Positions 25,184-36,121 are shown, counted from the first letter of the stretch. The stretch: DNA of 51,111 bases from a virus (IMGVR_UViG_3300009786_000019:1-51111), one strand, 5' to 3'. Translations and numbers: made by a program. The notes: a model not told the origin generated them from the letters alone.

Positions 25184-27858
25184 TATTTTCTCTCCCGCTG
25201 TCGATTAAGCTCATCTCGTAAAGTGCTTTGATCGTCATTTCGATTACCTGACTGTGTTTCACCAAAAGCAGAGTTTGGAAAGCCTAAAGCAAGTTTTAAG
25301 TTATCTTCAAAAGCAACCAGTTCTGCAATTACACTTTCTAAACGTCTTTGTTCTCGTTGAATTGGCAACAATTTAGAAGCTTCAGGTACATTAATATTAA
25401 AATAGTCAGGCAAACTCAAAGCATTATCCGCAAACAAAATTTGCAACTGTTCACGTATACCGCCTACGGCTGCTAAATTATTTGCATCGTATGCAAAAAT
25501 ACCTGAATTAACTTCATCTTTTACACGTTCAATTTCTGCCGAAATACGAGCGGGTATACGGTTCTCAATAGTTGTATCAACTAAAGCTCCTGTCAGTTGC
25601 AACATCAAATTTTGCATTTTTCTATCAACGTCAAATTTCATTTTGCCGTCTGGGGTAAGGCGGTCCTCTTTAAGACCAAGTTCTCGAAAAAGTTCTCTCG
25701 CATTGTCTATAACTCTATCGGGAATGCTGCCAATTCCAATATATTTTTCGAGTTCTAGGTCTTCTGCTGAAAAAATTGACGTTGGGCGTAATCGCCAAGC
25801 CAAAGAATCAGGATTTACCTGACCGCTAGGATTAAAATATAATTTTTTAAACTCAGGGCTTTGATAAATTTCTACAGGAACTTTACCGTCTTTATACTGT
25901 CTTCCAATTTCAGCAGCAATTTTTATCTGGTTTTGTAGTTTAGTCTCTCTTCTTTGCGCTTCGTTTAGTACAGCTTCGCCTTTTGCTACGTCCCCTGCGT
26001 TTAGAAACTTTTCAAGCTCTGGCGTAACAGGTTTAATTTGAGGAAACAGCTTTGAAAAATCTGAAGTAGGTAGACCGCTTTCTAAACGAGTTCTGTAAGA
26101 ATTTGTTACTAATTTGGTCGGAGTGTCTGCACTTGTAATAGTGCCGCCCTGACCGTCTGGTCGTTCTTTTGGCGAATATTGTTCCGCTATGGCTGCTTCA
26201 ATAATTGCAACACTTTCAGGATCTAAAGCTCCGGTTCCGTAAGCCGCCATACTAGTTGGATCTGATAAAATTCGTAATGTATCGCTTAGTTGTGGCTTGT
26301 CAGCTTTGATAGCGGCAGTTCCCGCTAAAACGAGACTATCAGGGTGTAATGCCTGAAGCTCAGAAAGACGATTTGCACCATCGGGACTGGTAACGTCAAT
26401 TAAATAAGTTTGGCCTGTATCAGTATTCACGAAATTCTTATAATTAACGCGCTGTGCGGCAGTAGATTGTGTAGCCGGACCTGTAAGAACTTGGTTTGGG
26501 TCCTTAACAAGTGCGTCGTACTCAGGTGTTCTTTTTATTACAGTGGTAAGATTTCCAGTTGTTTGGTCTTGAAAATTTACTGGTTTTGGTCCTGTATCGC
26601 TTTGACTAGCGGCACCAAACTCGACAAACCCCATTTGCGAGTAAAAGCGTTGTACACTTTTTGGAACGTTTATCATAGTATCTGGTCGGCCTTGCAAACC
26701 AATATTTACCATTCCGGTAGGCATGTTTTTAATTCGTTGCAATGCCCTAGCTTGTTCAGAAGCAGTTAAATCGCTTCTACTTTTTATTGCGCTTTGTAAT
26801 GCCGCCGTGTCTAAAGTTAAAGTCTGTTTTTGTCGAGTTAATTCTTGTTCTTTTTTTAAATCAAACAAGCTTTGACTTCTTGCCCCAAGCTTATCGAACA
26901 ACTGTGTTTCTTGTGCGGATTCTGCCAAACGTTCAGCGGGACTCATTTGCCGTGAGCCGGGAGTCGCGAACGCTAACGCGGTGTTCGCAACGTCAAACAG
27001 CATTTGTGCTTGCGTTTGCTCTCTTTGTTGTTGCAATAGTTGCTGGTTCAACTCGTCACTAGGCCTGATACTTCGATATACGTCTTTGAACTCACTAAAT
27101 TCTTCTTTCAAAGTTGGTACATCAATTGTTGGATATTGATTTTGCAATAAAGCTAATTGTTCAGGCGTGGGGACTTCAGGACGAACAACACGTTGCAGAT
27201 TTTCATCAGCAAAATACTGTACGGCACCCCCTTGGTTAAAATTTACAGGGGGCTGACTACCAACCTCCATCATTGCAGCTTCGGCGGGCATCTCAGGAGC
27301 CATATTGACGGTAGACATAATGCCCTCGGCCATCGGACCCTCTACCGAAGTTTCCATCATTTCTTCTTCGGCTAAACTGCCAATACCCTGATCAATACCG
27401 GCAAGCTGCATGACAGGCTGCACCAGAGCTAATACTGTATCCGGCGTTTGTTGTGCATCATCAGGACCCACATATTCTGCAAGTTCTGCTCGGCGGGCTT
27501 CAACCGGTTGCACATCTCCGCGAACCGCGTTCATCATTTCTTCCAAATCGTCAGAATCTTCAAGCGTGTCCATCTGCCCTTGCATTTGCTCAAAAATTTG
27601 AGTAAATCCTTCGGGAGAGGCTTGTCCTTCTTGCGGCATCATCATGGGATCTTGCGGCATCATTGCTGGTCCGGGAGCCGCGATCATCGGTTCTTCCATC
27701 ATCATGGGCGCTTGAGGGACCATGCCACCCTCTTGCTTTTCGATTACGCCGCGCCCCATCAAAATGTCTTTTTGGGTAACTTGCCCATCACCGCTCAAGT
27801 CAGGAAAGGCTACGCCCCCCATCTTAAACATCTGACGATTCATTAAACCTCTGTTCAT
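25183..27858 (-). CDS. Internal virion/ejection protein
   Basis: 891 aa; coupled to its neighbours; xxGG motifs and DLSGDGQVTQKD. Confidence 0.65.
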   Translation of the reverse strand: MNRGLMNRQMFKMGGVAFPDLSGDGQVTQKDILMGRGVIEKQEGGMVPQAPMMMEEPMIAAPGPAMMPQDPMMMPQEGQASPEGFTQIFEQMQGQMDTLEDSDDLEEMMNAVRGDVQPVEARRAELAEYVGPDDAQQTPDTVLALVQPVMQLAGIDQGIGSLAEEEMMETSVEGPMAEGIMSTVNMAPEMPAEAAMMEVGSQPPVNFNQGGAVQYFADENLQRVVRPEVPTPEQLALLQNQYPTIDVPTLKEEFSEFKDVYRSIRPSDELNQQLLQQQREQTQAQMLFDVANTALAFATPGSRQMSPAERLAESAQETQLFDKLGARSQSLFDLKKEQELTRQKQTLTLDTAALQSAIKSRSDLTASEQARALQRIKNMPTGMVNIGLQGRPDTMINVPKSVQRFYSQMGFVEFGAASQSDTGPKPVNFQDQTTGNLTTVIKRTPEYDALVKDPNQVLTGPATQSTAAQRVNYKNFVNTDTGQTYLIDVTSPDGANRLSELQALHPDSLVLAGTAAIKADKPQLSDTLRILSDPTSMAAYGTGALDPESVAIIEAAIAEQYSPKERPDGQGGTITSADTPTKLVTNSYRTRLESGLPTSDFSKLFPQIKPVTPELEKFLNAGDVAKGEAVLNEAQRRETKLQNQIKIAAEIGRQYKDGKVPVEIYQSPEFKKLYFNPSGQVNPDSLAWRLRPTSIFSAEDLELEKYIGIGSIPDRVIDNARELFRELGLKEDRLTPDGKMKFDVDRKMQNLMLQLTGALVDTTIENRIPARISAEIERVKDEVNSGIFAYDANNLAAVGGIREQLQILFADNALSLPDYFNINVPEASKLLPIQREQRRLESVIAELVAFEDNLKLALGFPNSAFGETQSGNRNDDQSTLRDELNRQRERK

Positions 27859-30503
27859 CCGAATAACCCCGCTCTATTTGCACCTGCCGCAGCAGACAAA
27901 CCTGCTACACCCAAGCCAAGGAATGTTTGTGCTGGTGACACATTAGGTGAAGATTGTGCAGTCACTGACATTTGTGACGATGGTGCGCCTTTGTAGATGT
28001 CAGACAAAAAGCCCACTCGTTGATAAGGCTCGTAAATCTGCGCCATTTGGTTCTGCCGGTTTGCTTCCAGAACTGCTTGATTCTGCGCTTGCTCAGTTTT
28101 ACCAAGATCGAACAAGAATCCTTGCTCACGTTGTCCCAGATTCTGACCAAGTTCGCCAAGACTGGCCTGTTGTAAGCCCAGTGTACCAAGTTGCTTGCCC
28201 TGCTCAAGCCCTAATCGGGCAACATCGCTGCCAAGTGCCGCGATCCCTTTGCCTATATCCGCTTGCATACCCAGACCTTGTAAACCTAGCTGACCCGACG
28301 CTTGTGCTCCCTGCATACCCATTTGAGCCATGCCTTGGCCCAATCTCCCCGATGTTTCAGCACCTTGCATACCCATCTGAGCTATGTTTTGACCTAATCT
28401 CCCCGATGTTTCAGCACCTTGCATACCCATCTGGCCCATGTTTTGACCTAATCTCCCAGATGTTTCAGCGCCTTGCATACCCATCTGAGCTATGTTTTGA
28501 CCTAATTGACCAGAAGTCTGAGCACCCTGCATACCCATCTGGGCCATGCTTTGTCCTAATTGACCGCTACTTTGCGCTAATCGTCCGGCAAGTTCAGAGG
28601 CTTGCATACCAGTTTGCGCGGCGGCTTGCTCCAGACCTAAGCCTGTTGATGCCAAAGACTGAGCATTAGCAGAGGCAAATTGTTCTGCGGTCATGCCCAG
28701 TTGCGCGGCTTTAGCAGTGTTCTGAGCGGCTTGCTGTTGCGCGGCAAGCCCTAATTGACCCCCGCTCAATGCTCCAGTCTGTCGCAGTTGTTGTGCATCA
28801 AGTCCAGTACGAGCCATTAGCTGCTGACCCGTCAAATCAAGTTGGCCTTGTTGCATAGCTTGTTGTGCGGCTAGTTGTTCCGCCGAAAGTCCAAGACTAC
28901 CTGCGGCTTGTGCCGCCCCTGCTGCGGCCTGAGATCCTTGAGAACCCAGTGCGCCGGTTAATTGTGCGGCTTGTTGTTGACGCGCTTGCTGTTGTTCAAA
29001 GGCTTGTTGCGCTCTTTGCGAGGCGCTTTCAAAACCTGATTGACGTAATTGTGAAGCCGCTTTTGCTTGCTGCTCTAAAACATTTCTTCCCAGTTCACTT
29101 TCCATGATACCGCTTCGGGAACCACCGAAAGCCCCTGCTGACACAGCCTGTGCTCTTTGTTGTTCGCGCTGAATATCGCCCTGCCTTGCAATATCTCCAA
29201 GCGTTCGGTCAATAACCTCTTGTTCAAAAGGGTTCATAAACCGTTGCGACGCATTCGGATCAAACTCGCCGGTAGAACCATACAAATCGGCAATACCCCG
29301 CGCCGCAGTGCCCATGCCGAACTGTCCGGCTCTGGATAAATCTTGTGCCGCTCCCGCAGTAATATCTCGACTACGCGCAGTAGCATCTGCGGCGTCGTCA
29401 TAAGATCTTTGACGGGACCGTAAAGTACCCGCTTGCGCCTGACGTTGAACGTTTTCCGCTGCGCGGCCAACATCCTGAACACCCGACATTGTTTGCCCAA
29501 ACACATCTAAACCGCCTTGTGTGGCGGCACCTAACTGTTGTCCGGCTTGTCCTGCAAGCGCCCTACTCGTTTCCGTAGTAGGCGCTAAACTAGCGCCTAA
29601 TTGCCCAACAATTTCTCTGCCCCGTGTTCCAAGGCCCGTGGCTACTCCAGCAGCACCCGTTGCCGCCGCTTGCATTCCTGCTTGTGCTTGACGGGTATCA
29701 CCTAAACCAGTTCTTAAAGCATCGCCTATTCCCGCTTGCGCTTGACGAGTGTCTCCTAGACCAGTTCTTAAAGCATCGCCTATTCCTGCTTGTGCTTGAC
29801 GAGTGTCTCCTAAACCAGTTCTTAAAGCATCGCCTATTCCTGCTTGTGCTTGACGGGTGTCTCCTAGACCAGTTCTTAAAGCATCGCCTATTCCCGCTTG
29901 TGCTTGACCGGTATCCCGAAAACTTGAGCTTAAAGCATCGCCTATTCCCGCTTGCGCTTGACGGGTATCACCTAGACCAGACCGTAAAGCACTGGTTAGG
30001 CCTCTTTGTGCAGCGCCCGTATCGCGTATACCCGCCCCCAAAGCGCCCGTAATTCCTTGTTGTGCTCCAGAAACTTGAGTACCTACTCCTTGACCGGCGG
30101 CATCCATATATTGTGCCGCTCTGGTTTGATAGGGCTGCGCTTGTGCAATTGCGCCAGATGTTGCTGTTTGTGCCTGACCTAACGTGTTGGTAGCGCCTTC
30201 TAAATAAGGTTGAAAGCCCCCAATACCTCCAGCAGCTTGCGCCAAAGCTTCTCTTTGCAAAGGCGTCATTCCAGCAATTTGCTGTTGTGGGAGTTGTACA
30301 AAGGGCCTTTGCTTCTCTTCAATCTCACCCGTTTCCGGGTTACGCTCTTTGTACGTTTCCATGATCATGTTGCCGTCAGCGTCGTACTGAGGCACACCCA
30401 CGGGTTGTCGTGCTAGGTCTAGAGAATCCCGTAAAAGCCCTAGCTTATAGGCTTCAATATCCGGGGATTCACGGATAATCTGTTCTGTAGTGTCAACGGC
30501 CAT
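27855..30503 (-). CDS. Ejection/DNA-transfer protein with 18-aa repeat arrays
   Basis: Q/A/G-rich; FMNPF..GAFGGSR core; two 5x54-nt arrays. Confidence 0.7.
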   Translation of the reverse strand: MAVDTTEQIIRESPDIEAYKLGLLRDSLDLARQPVGVPQYDADGNMIMETYKERNPETGEIEEKQRPFVQLPQQQIAGMTPLQREALAQAAGGIGGFQPYLEGATNTLGQAQTATSGAIAQAQPYQTRAAQYMDAAGQGVGTQVSGAQQGITGALGAGIRDTGAAQRGLTSALRSGLGDTRQAQAGIGDALSSSFRDTGQAQAGIGDALRTGLGDTRQAQAGIGDALRTGLGDTRQAQAGIGDALRTGLGDTRQAQAGIGDALRTGLGDTRQAQAGMQAAATGAAGVATGLGTRGREIVGQLGASLAPTTETSRALAGQAGQQLGAATQGGLDVFGQTMSGVQDVGRAAENVQRQAQAGTLRSRQRSYDDAADATARSRDITAGAAQDLSRAGQFGMGTAARGIADLYGSTGEFDPNASQRFMNPFEQEVIDRTLGDIARQGDIQREQQRAQAVSAGAFGGSRSGIMESELGRNVLEQQAKAASQLRQSGFESASQRAQQAFEQQQARQQQAAQLTGALGSQGSQAAAGAAQAAGSLGLSAEQLAAQQAMQQGQLDLTGQQLMARTGLDAQQLRQTGALSGGQLGLAAQQQAAQNTAKAAQLGMTAEQFASANAQSLASTGLGLEQAAAQTGMQASELAGRLAQSSGQLGQSMAQMGMQGAQTSGQLGQNIAQMGMQGAETSGRLGQNMGQMGMQGAETSGRLGQNIAQMGMQGAETSGRLGQGMAQMGMQGAQASGQLGLQGLGMQADIGKGIAALGSDVARLGLEQGKQLGTLGLQQASLGELGQNLGQREQGFLFDLGKTEQAQNQAVLEANRQNQMAQIYEPYQRVGFLSDIYKGAPSSQMSVTAQSSPNVSPAQTFLGLGVAGLSAAAGANRAGLFG
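28299..28568 (-). repeat. 5x54-nt coding repeat (SGxLGQxxxQMGMQGAxx)
   Basis: Seen in both DNA and protein. Confidence 0.9.
29679..29948 (-). repeat. 5x54-nt coding repeat (GIGDALRTGLGDTRQAQA)
   Basis: Seen in both DNA and protein; two degenerate units precede it. Confidence 0.9.
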
Positions 30504-32320
30504 TAGGACATAGCCCTCCCTCGTGATTCTAAGTTACGCATTACCGAATACATATTATTGATACCTTTGTTCATATCTCCGTTCCCTGCCCCACGGACAG
30601 CGTTGGTAGTCATTACAAACTCACCGGGCATCAACATGGCTTTCACACTATCTTCGTTCGGTATGCCTTCATTTGGCATTATACCACCGGTCCTACGTGG
30701 GAATATCTCGCCCCCTTCAGCCGCCATTTGCGTTTGGTAAGGGACCAACGGGGAGGCGTATGGACGGTAAGTGGGCCGAAAGCCTTCCGGAAAAATTCGA
30801 TATTTATAAGGATCTGCATCAACATAATCTGAGCCAGTGCGTAGCTTGCCGTCTTCGTCACGGTCTAGTAGACCGGCTTGTTCCTGCTCTGGTACATCAA
30901 AAAACCCCATTGGTGCCGCAGCAAGTGACAAACCAGCCGCTGCCGGTCCAAAACGCCGCATTAAACCGGGGGCTAAACCAGCATCTGCCAGTAGTCTTTT
31001 CGCCGCTTCTTCTTGTAGGGTAGTAGCAGTTGCCTTACTTACCCCTTCTGGCAAAAATTTTGCGTAATCACCGGTCTTTGGAAGAAACAAATCTCTACTT
31101 GCTTCAAAAAACCCTTTCTGACTATCGCCCAGACCAAAATCAAACATTTCTTTGAGGTTTCCCAAAGTCGTGCCAGAGCCGGTTTCGGCAAGTTTTTCAA
31201 TTCCTGAAATTTCGGGGAATGTAGTCTGCCCATAATCAACCTCAAGCGTACCCGGTTTATAAAAACTTGTTGCATCACTAGCTTTTTCAATACCAGTAAG
31301 AACATCAGTAGGGTCTAAAAGATTAGCGTCAGTACCAGTAAGAACACTTTCCCTTGGACCCGCCCCGGCAAGGTTGCTGACCTTACGGAGTTCGCTGGCA
31401 TTAGTACCAGCAACACCAGCGTCAGGACCCAATCCCGATTGGTCAATCGGTATTTCAAGAACGTTTATTTCTTTGTTAAAATCTGCGTTTATCCTATCGG
31501 AAGCACCTGTAACTTCTTTTGGAATATCTGCGTAATTACCGGTCTTTGTGGGATTAAAATCTCTTCCCAACGTTTTGAAAAAACCCTCGCCTCCTTTGCC
31601 AGTAAAAGCATCTTTAAAAGCAGTGCCTGTTTGAGCAAAACGAGCGCCGGGACTAGCTAAAGATTCGCTAATAGCTTGACCTGCTGTCATGTTAGGATCA
31701 ATCGCGCCTTGAATACCTTTAAAAACTCCAGCCGTTGCCCCGGCTATTAAACCCGCTTTTAGGGCATCTTTTATACTGCCGCCTTGTATCAGCGTCCCTA
31801 TGCCAGAACCTAAAGCAGCACCATAAATAGCTCCAAGACCGGTCATGGCTAGACCAATTGCAAGAATCGTTGGCGCAGCTTTCTTGAGGACCTTACCAAT
31901 CTTCTTAAATGCTTTTTTAATGCCTTTGAATATCTTGGAGAAAAAACCAAACTCCATCAGCCCTGTTTCCGGGTTGATGCTGTTTTCGGCATCTCCTACA
32001 ACATAACGCTCCGGATCTTCGATACCGGCTTCGCGTAAGTGTTGAAAAATAGATTCTTTGAGTTCAGGGCTTTGATCAATAAGCCGTCGTGGAACAATTA
32101 ATTCGCCCGTTTCAACGTGCGCTACCTGATCGTCACCAAAACGACCATACGCAGCAATCCGACCAGCCGTGTTTTCAAACCGGGCTATACCTTCATTTCC
32201 GTACTCTTGTTCGGCATTTTGTCTTTCAAGGGCTTGAAAAGCCTTTTCAGACATCACAAAATCACCGATACCGCCGGACGGAACCTCTTCGATTTCGAGT
32301 TGTTCGGCTGTGTTCGCCAT
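30503..32320 (-). CDS. Internal virion protein
   Basis: GDDQVAHVETGELIVP, INPETGLMEF, DSVKAMLMPGEFVM; amphipathic and TM-like segment. Confidence 0.65.
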   Translation of the reverse strand: MANTAEQLEIEEVPSGGIGDFVMSEKAFQALERQNAEQEYGNEGIARFENTAGRIAAYGRFGDDQVAHVETGELIVPRRLIDQSPELKESIFQHLREAGIEDPERYVVGDAENSINPETGLMEFGFFSKIFKGIKKAFKKIGKVLKKAAPTILAIGLAMTGLGAIYGAALGSGIGTLIQGGSIKDALKAGLIAGATAGVFKGIQGAIDPNMTAGQAISESLASPGARFAQTGTAFKDAFTGKGGEGFFKTLGRDFNPTKTGNYADIPKEVTGASDRINADFNKEINVLEIPIDQSGLGPDAGVAGTNASELRKVSNLAGAGPRESVLTGTDANLLDPTDVLTGIEKASDATSFYKPGTLEVDYGQTTFPEISGIEKLAETGSGTTLGNLKEMFDFGLGDSQKGFFEASRDLFLPKTGDYAKFLPEGVSKATATTLQEEAAKRLLADAGLAPGLMRRFGPAAAGLSLAAAPMGFFDVPEQEQAGLLDRDEDGKLRTGSDYVDADPYKYRIFPEGFRPTYRPYASPLVPYQTQMAAEGGEIFPRRTGGIMPNEGIPNEDSVKAMLMPGEFVMTTNAVRGAGNGDMNKGINNMYSVMRNLESRGRAMS

Positions 32321-32387
32321 TATCTTGCTCCACCGACAATGATCCGTTTTGATCATTGTACTGAGTTTAGTTTATTCAGTCTACGAG

Positions 32388-32684
32388 TTAACTTATCGTC
32401 ACTGTAACTGATCCAACTGCACTTGTTCCCACCGAACCCCGTACATAGGGTGAATTTATTACCGGAACCCTTAACGCCCCACCATGTTCAAAAACAGCCC
32501 CTGTTTCCAAGCCGCTGTCATCGGTCTGTAGATTAGTCAGCGTTATGCCCGTGGCCCGTGATTCTCCGGGGGTGTTAACTTGCTCCTGAAACACGGAAAA
32601 AGTCCGTGTTAATTGCGCCATATAATCCGGCGTATAAGCTTCCGGAGGGTTAGGAAATGGTAAAAAAGTTAAAGCTCTTGCCAT
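32388..32684 (-). CDS. Hypothetical virion protein
   Basis: 98 aa, coupled to the upstream tail gene. Confidence 0.6.
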   Translation of the reverse strand: MARALTFLPFPNPPEAYTPDYMAQLTRTFSVFQEQVNTPGESRATGITLTNLQTDDSGLETGAVFEHGGALRVPVINSPYVRGSVGTSAVGSVTVTIS

Positions 32685-34603
32685 TATTGTCTACCATCCG
32701 GCCTGATATCGACTCTGGGTGCGCCGAACCGCCACTGTGTTCCTTGAGCCGTGGACTCTACCCTGACTGCAAAGGACCTGCCCCGTAATCTCACAAAAAG
32801 CTGGTCTGTAAACTGTTCTACCGGTGAAGTTGCAGAGCGTGTCACGCCGCCTTCATCTGTTTGCAAGTAGTTTCCACCCGGAAAATTCCTTGCTTTCATC
32901 GTAAAATTAGCAGAGGGCGCGTCTGAAGTAGACCCCACAAACGTCAAATCCGGTAAAACCCGACGCATAAACACAAACTTATCACCATCGCCAATATCAA
33001 TCTGACTGCTTTCGACATAAGACGTAATTGACGACACAGGGTTTGTGCTGCCGTCATCGTTACCCACTTCCTGCAAATACAAAAATCCTTCCGAAGCAGC
33101 GGTAGGATCGTCGTCTATACCCTTATCAACCCACGCGGTGCGCGATAAAGTACCGTAGTACCACGTCTTTTCGAGGTAGTTATACACCACATACCGATCA
33201 TTTTCGTCGCTGTCGGCAGAAGGATAAAACCACCAAATTTCAGAAAAAGCACTGTTTGACCCTGCAATTACTTTTTCCCGTTGTTGGTCATTAAAATCAT
33301 TAAAAACATAACTTTTGACAGTACAGGGCAGTTTTTGCGTTTGCCCGGTATAGACATAAAAGTCGCCCTGACCCATCCAAAACACGTTGTCATCAACAGC
33401 CGTCACGGACAAAGGCCCCGCTATCGTCGTATTTTCACCCACTTGTTGAATACCGAACGTAAACGGAGGACCTATAAACTGTAGCGCGTGAACGCCAACA
33501 TCTGTAATTACAACGATCTGTTGTTTGGTTTCAACGGCTTTTACAATCTTGGTTCCAGAGCCTATCCGTAAATCACCGGCTGAATTGGTAACTTCAGACT
33601 TCCAAGTTGTCAGGCTTGCAGAAGAAGAAAAACGTATTAGCAGCGGATCTTGTGTGCCAATACTGGTTTCGGCATCACAACCAAATGCCAGTATATGCTT
33701 GTCATTATCAGAAACTAATATTTGTTTTGCTACAGTGGGTGTTTCAGTATCCGCTCCTGCAAGATCCTTTAAAGCTACGGCTCTTGCAGAAGTGCCACCA
33801 CTTTCATCCCAATAAAAAATACCGGCATCTCTGGCGTTAAATAACAGGTCTTCACCAAAATTATCGTGTTCCCAGATACGAATAGAATTACCTGCGATGG
33901 CAAGACTAGCTGACGATCCCCACGTGCTACGGCCCCATGCTCCTGCGCCCCAACCTGTGCCAAGGACCGTGGTGTTCAATCCAATGTTGACTTGGTAAGC
34001 ACCAACAATACTGCCGCCGCCATTTCCAGTATCTGAGCCGTTTGCTTCAACAGCGGTTGGAACGAGTGCCCCTGCGACTGTAATGTCTGGGATTGTTGTA
34101 CTAGCAGTACGTGCCGTAAAAGTATAAGAGTTTACGTTGACGATGGTGTCGATCTGATATTCTTGATTCAACACATTGGCGGTTATAGTGCCGCCTAAAG
34201 AAGCCGCCCCAGAAAAAGTAACAAAGTCCCCTTTGATTGCACCGTGATCCGCGTCTGTTGCTGTAATGGTAGAGGAGCCGTTGGTCGCGGCGAACGTGAC
34301 ATCCCCCGCGCTTGTAGTAACACGCAAAGGCGTAATGTCTGCGTAAGCCCCGCCAGATTCTAAAAAATATTTTAAATTAGTGCCAAGCCCCCGGTAGCGT
34401 TCACCATCGAGCGCGGCAAAAGGATGTATACTTCTTGCGGTGCCTAAAAATGAAATAATAGAAAGTTTTTGCCAGCCGCCTATTTTTTCCGGCGTACCAA
34501 ATCGGAACCTGACTTTATCACAGTCAAACCAACCCCCTTCGTTTGCGTAGGAAGTTGTTTCTCTATTAACACCCGGTCTAAACTCTAATTTTGTTAAAGG
34601 CAT
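32684..34603 (-). CDS. Tail hub/nozzle (tail tubular B or P22 gp10-like) protein
   Basis: 639 aa, beta-rich; position between fibers and ejection proteins. Confidence 0.6.
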   Translation of the reverse strand: MPLTKLEFRPGVNRETTSYANEGGWFDCDKVRFRFGTPEKIGGWQKLSIISFLGTARSIHPFAALDGERYRGLGTNLKYFLESGGAYADITPLRVTTSAGDVTFAATNGSSTITATDADHGAIKGDFVTFSGAASLGGTITANVLNQEYQIDTIVNVNSYTFTARTASTTIPDITVAGALVPTAVEANGSDTGNGGGSIVGAYQVNIGLNTTVLGTGWGAGAWGRSTWGSSASLAIAGNSIRIWEHDNFGEDLLFNARDAGIFYWDESGGTSARAVALKDLAGADTETPTVAKQILVSDNDKHILAFGCDAETSIGTQDPLLIRFSSSASLTTWKSEVTNSAGDLRIGSGTKIVKAVETKQQIVVITDVGVHALQFIGPPFTFGIQQVGENTTIAGPLSVTAVDDNVFWMGQGDFYVYTGQTQKLPCTVKSYVFNDFNDQQREKVIAGSNSAFSEIWWFYPSADSDENDRYVVYNYLEKTWYYGTLSRTAWVDKGIDDDPTAASEGFLYLQEVGNDDGSTNPVSSITSYVESSQIDIGDGDKFVFMRRVLPDLTFVGSTSDAPSANFTMKARNFPGGNYLQTDEGGVTRSATSPVEQFTDQLFVRLRGRSFAVRVESTAQGTQWRFGAPRVDIRPDGRQ

Positions 34604-34658
34604 AATTCACCTTGTTAGGCCGCTGGGGGTCAGGTTTGAATATCATAGCAATTAAAAA

Positions 34659-34826
34659 TTACTTGAGATAACTGACTGTTAGAACAAGGGTGACCATGAA
34701 GGGGTAGAGCGCGTAAACCGCCATTTCAACACGAGTCACTCTGTCACTGGCAATCTTAAACTGCTCTTTAAAACCTTCATAACGAAGGGCGCACTCGGTT
34801 TCATGTTTTTGTAAATCAGTTTTCAT
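34659..34826 (-). CDS. 55-aa coiled-coil protein with a C-terminal TM
   Basis: Hand-translated MKTDLQKHETECALRYEGF...VYALYPFMVTLVLTVSYLK. Confidence 0.6.
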   Translation of the reverse strand: MKTDLQKHETECALRYEGFKEQFKIASDRVTRVEMAVYALYPFMVTLVLTVSYLK

Positions 34827-34858
34827 AAAAACTACCCTACTTACAGTTAACTTCTATG

Positions 34859-35167
34859 CTAGCTTCCGAGCGTTGGCTTGGTATCTGGGAAATCATCTGT
34901 TGAAGGCCAATCTCTGAGTGCTGTTCTATACGCTGCAATCTCAGTTTTTTGCGGATGGTCTGTCAGCACAGACAAAGAGTCAGTTCTTGCTAACTCACTA
35001 TCCCGCCACTGCCTAGCCTCTTGTTCTTTTTCCGCAGCAATTTCTGAATCAGTGGGAACATAGGTTACATCCTCACAAGTGTGGTCAGGGTAGGTCGCTT
35101 GCGCCCAAGCAAGATCAGCAATAATGTTATTGCTTACGCCATCTTTTGTAATTTTAATAGTTGCCAT
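34859..35167 (-). CDS. Tail fiber assembly chaperone-like protein
   Basis: RQWRDSELARTD..YRTALRDWP. Confidence 0.65.
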   Translation of the reverse strand: MATIKITKDGVSNNIIADLAWAQATYPDHTCEDVTYVPTDSEIAAEKEQEARQWRDSELARTDSLSVLTDHPQKTEIAAYRTALRDWPSTDDFPDTKPTLGS

Positions 35168-36121
35168 TTATCCCATCCTTATTGGAAAAATCATTACTAA
35201 TCCAGAACCGCCACAACCACTAAACCCATAATTTGTGCCGTTAGAATTCATTCCTGCTCCACCTCCAGCTCCAACACCGCCAGCCATAGCGTAAACATTT
35301 CCACCACTTTTGTTTCCTTTGAAACCCGCTCCACCGCAAAAAGGCCCAGCTATAGCGTAAACTTCCTGATTCGCCGTTGTTTCACCCTTGAACATGTTTG
35401 ATAAGGTCAAATCATGCCCATTGTTTTTATCGGTTGAGTCTAGGCCGTTTCCATGGAGAATTAAGTTTGAGAAAAAACTTATTGAAACTGCAGCATCTTT
35501 GTATCCAGAAACACCCGTTGTCAGATAGTCACGATTATAATTCGTTTCATATGACCAGCCGACAGGTGTTCCGCCTCTGGCATATCTACTTTGCTCCCCC
35601 TCGCCATGACAGTTAGAGCCATACAAATTAACACCGCCTCCTGCACTAACTTTAGCAGCAGCGCTAGTGTTTGCACCACCACCACCTCCGGTATTATTCA
35701 TCAGGCTGCCTCCTGAAGCAGTACCGCCTCCAGTGGTGACGTCTTGGGCGCTAGTACTAACACCACCAGCAGCACCCCCATTTGTAGTCATCGTTGTAAT
35801 CCCTGTCCCTGAAAGTTCTGAATTACCACCAGCATCTCCAGCTACGGAATTACCCGAATTTACATCATCACCGCCACTTCCAATTGTTACTGTATAGTCT
35901 TGAGCAGCTAATGTAAGCCTTGAAACAGCGCATCCTCCTGCTGCTCCACCTCTGGCGTTAGTAGTAGAATCTAGGTGGCCCCCGACTGCTCCACCACTTC
36001 CTCCCGCACCAATGACATAAACTATCGCTTCCATAGCCACAGGACACGCCCATGTTTGACTTTTTTGAAAAATAATTGATGGATAAGCACCCTGTTCATT
36101 GTTTGTTCCTAAAACTGCCAT
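35168..36121 (-). CDS. Glycine-rich tail fiber/receptor-binding protein
   Basis: VIGAGGSGG..YTVTIGSGG..GGSGLVMI. Confidence 0.65.
   Translation of the reverse strand: MAVLGTNNEQGAYPSIIFQKSQTWACPVAMEAIVYVIGAGGSGGAVGGHLDSTTNARGGAAGGCAVSRLTLAAQDYTVTIGSGGDDVNSGNSVAGDAGGNSELSGTGITTMTTNGGAAGGVSTSAQDVTTGGGTASGGSLMNNTGGGGGANTSAAAKVSAGGGVNLYGSNCHGEGEQSRYARGGTPVGWSYETNYNRDYLTTGVSGYKDAAVSISFFSNLILHGNGLDSTDKNNGHDLTLSNMFKGETTANQEVYAIAGPFCGGAGFKGNKSGGNVYAMAGGVGAGGGAGMNSNGTNYGFSGCGGSGLVMIFPIRMG

Noticed and set aside
29679-29948. 54-nt repeats as a CRISPR array
   Set aside because: No unique spacers, in-frame coding repeats with synonymous variation, and no cas genes.
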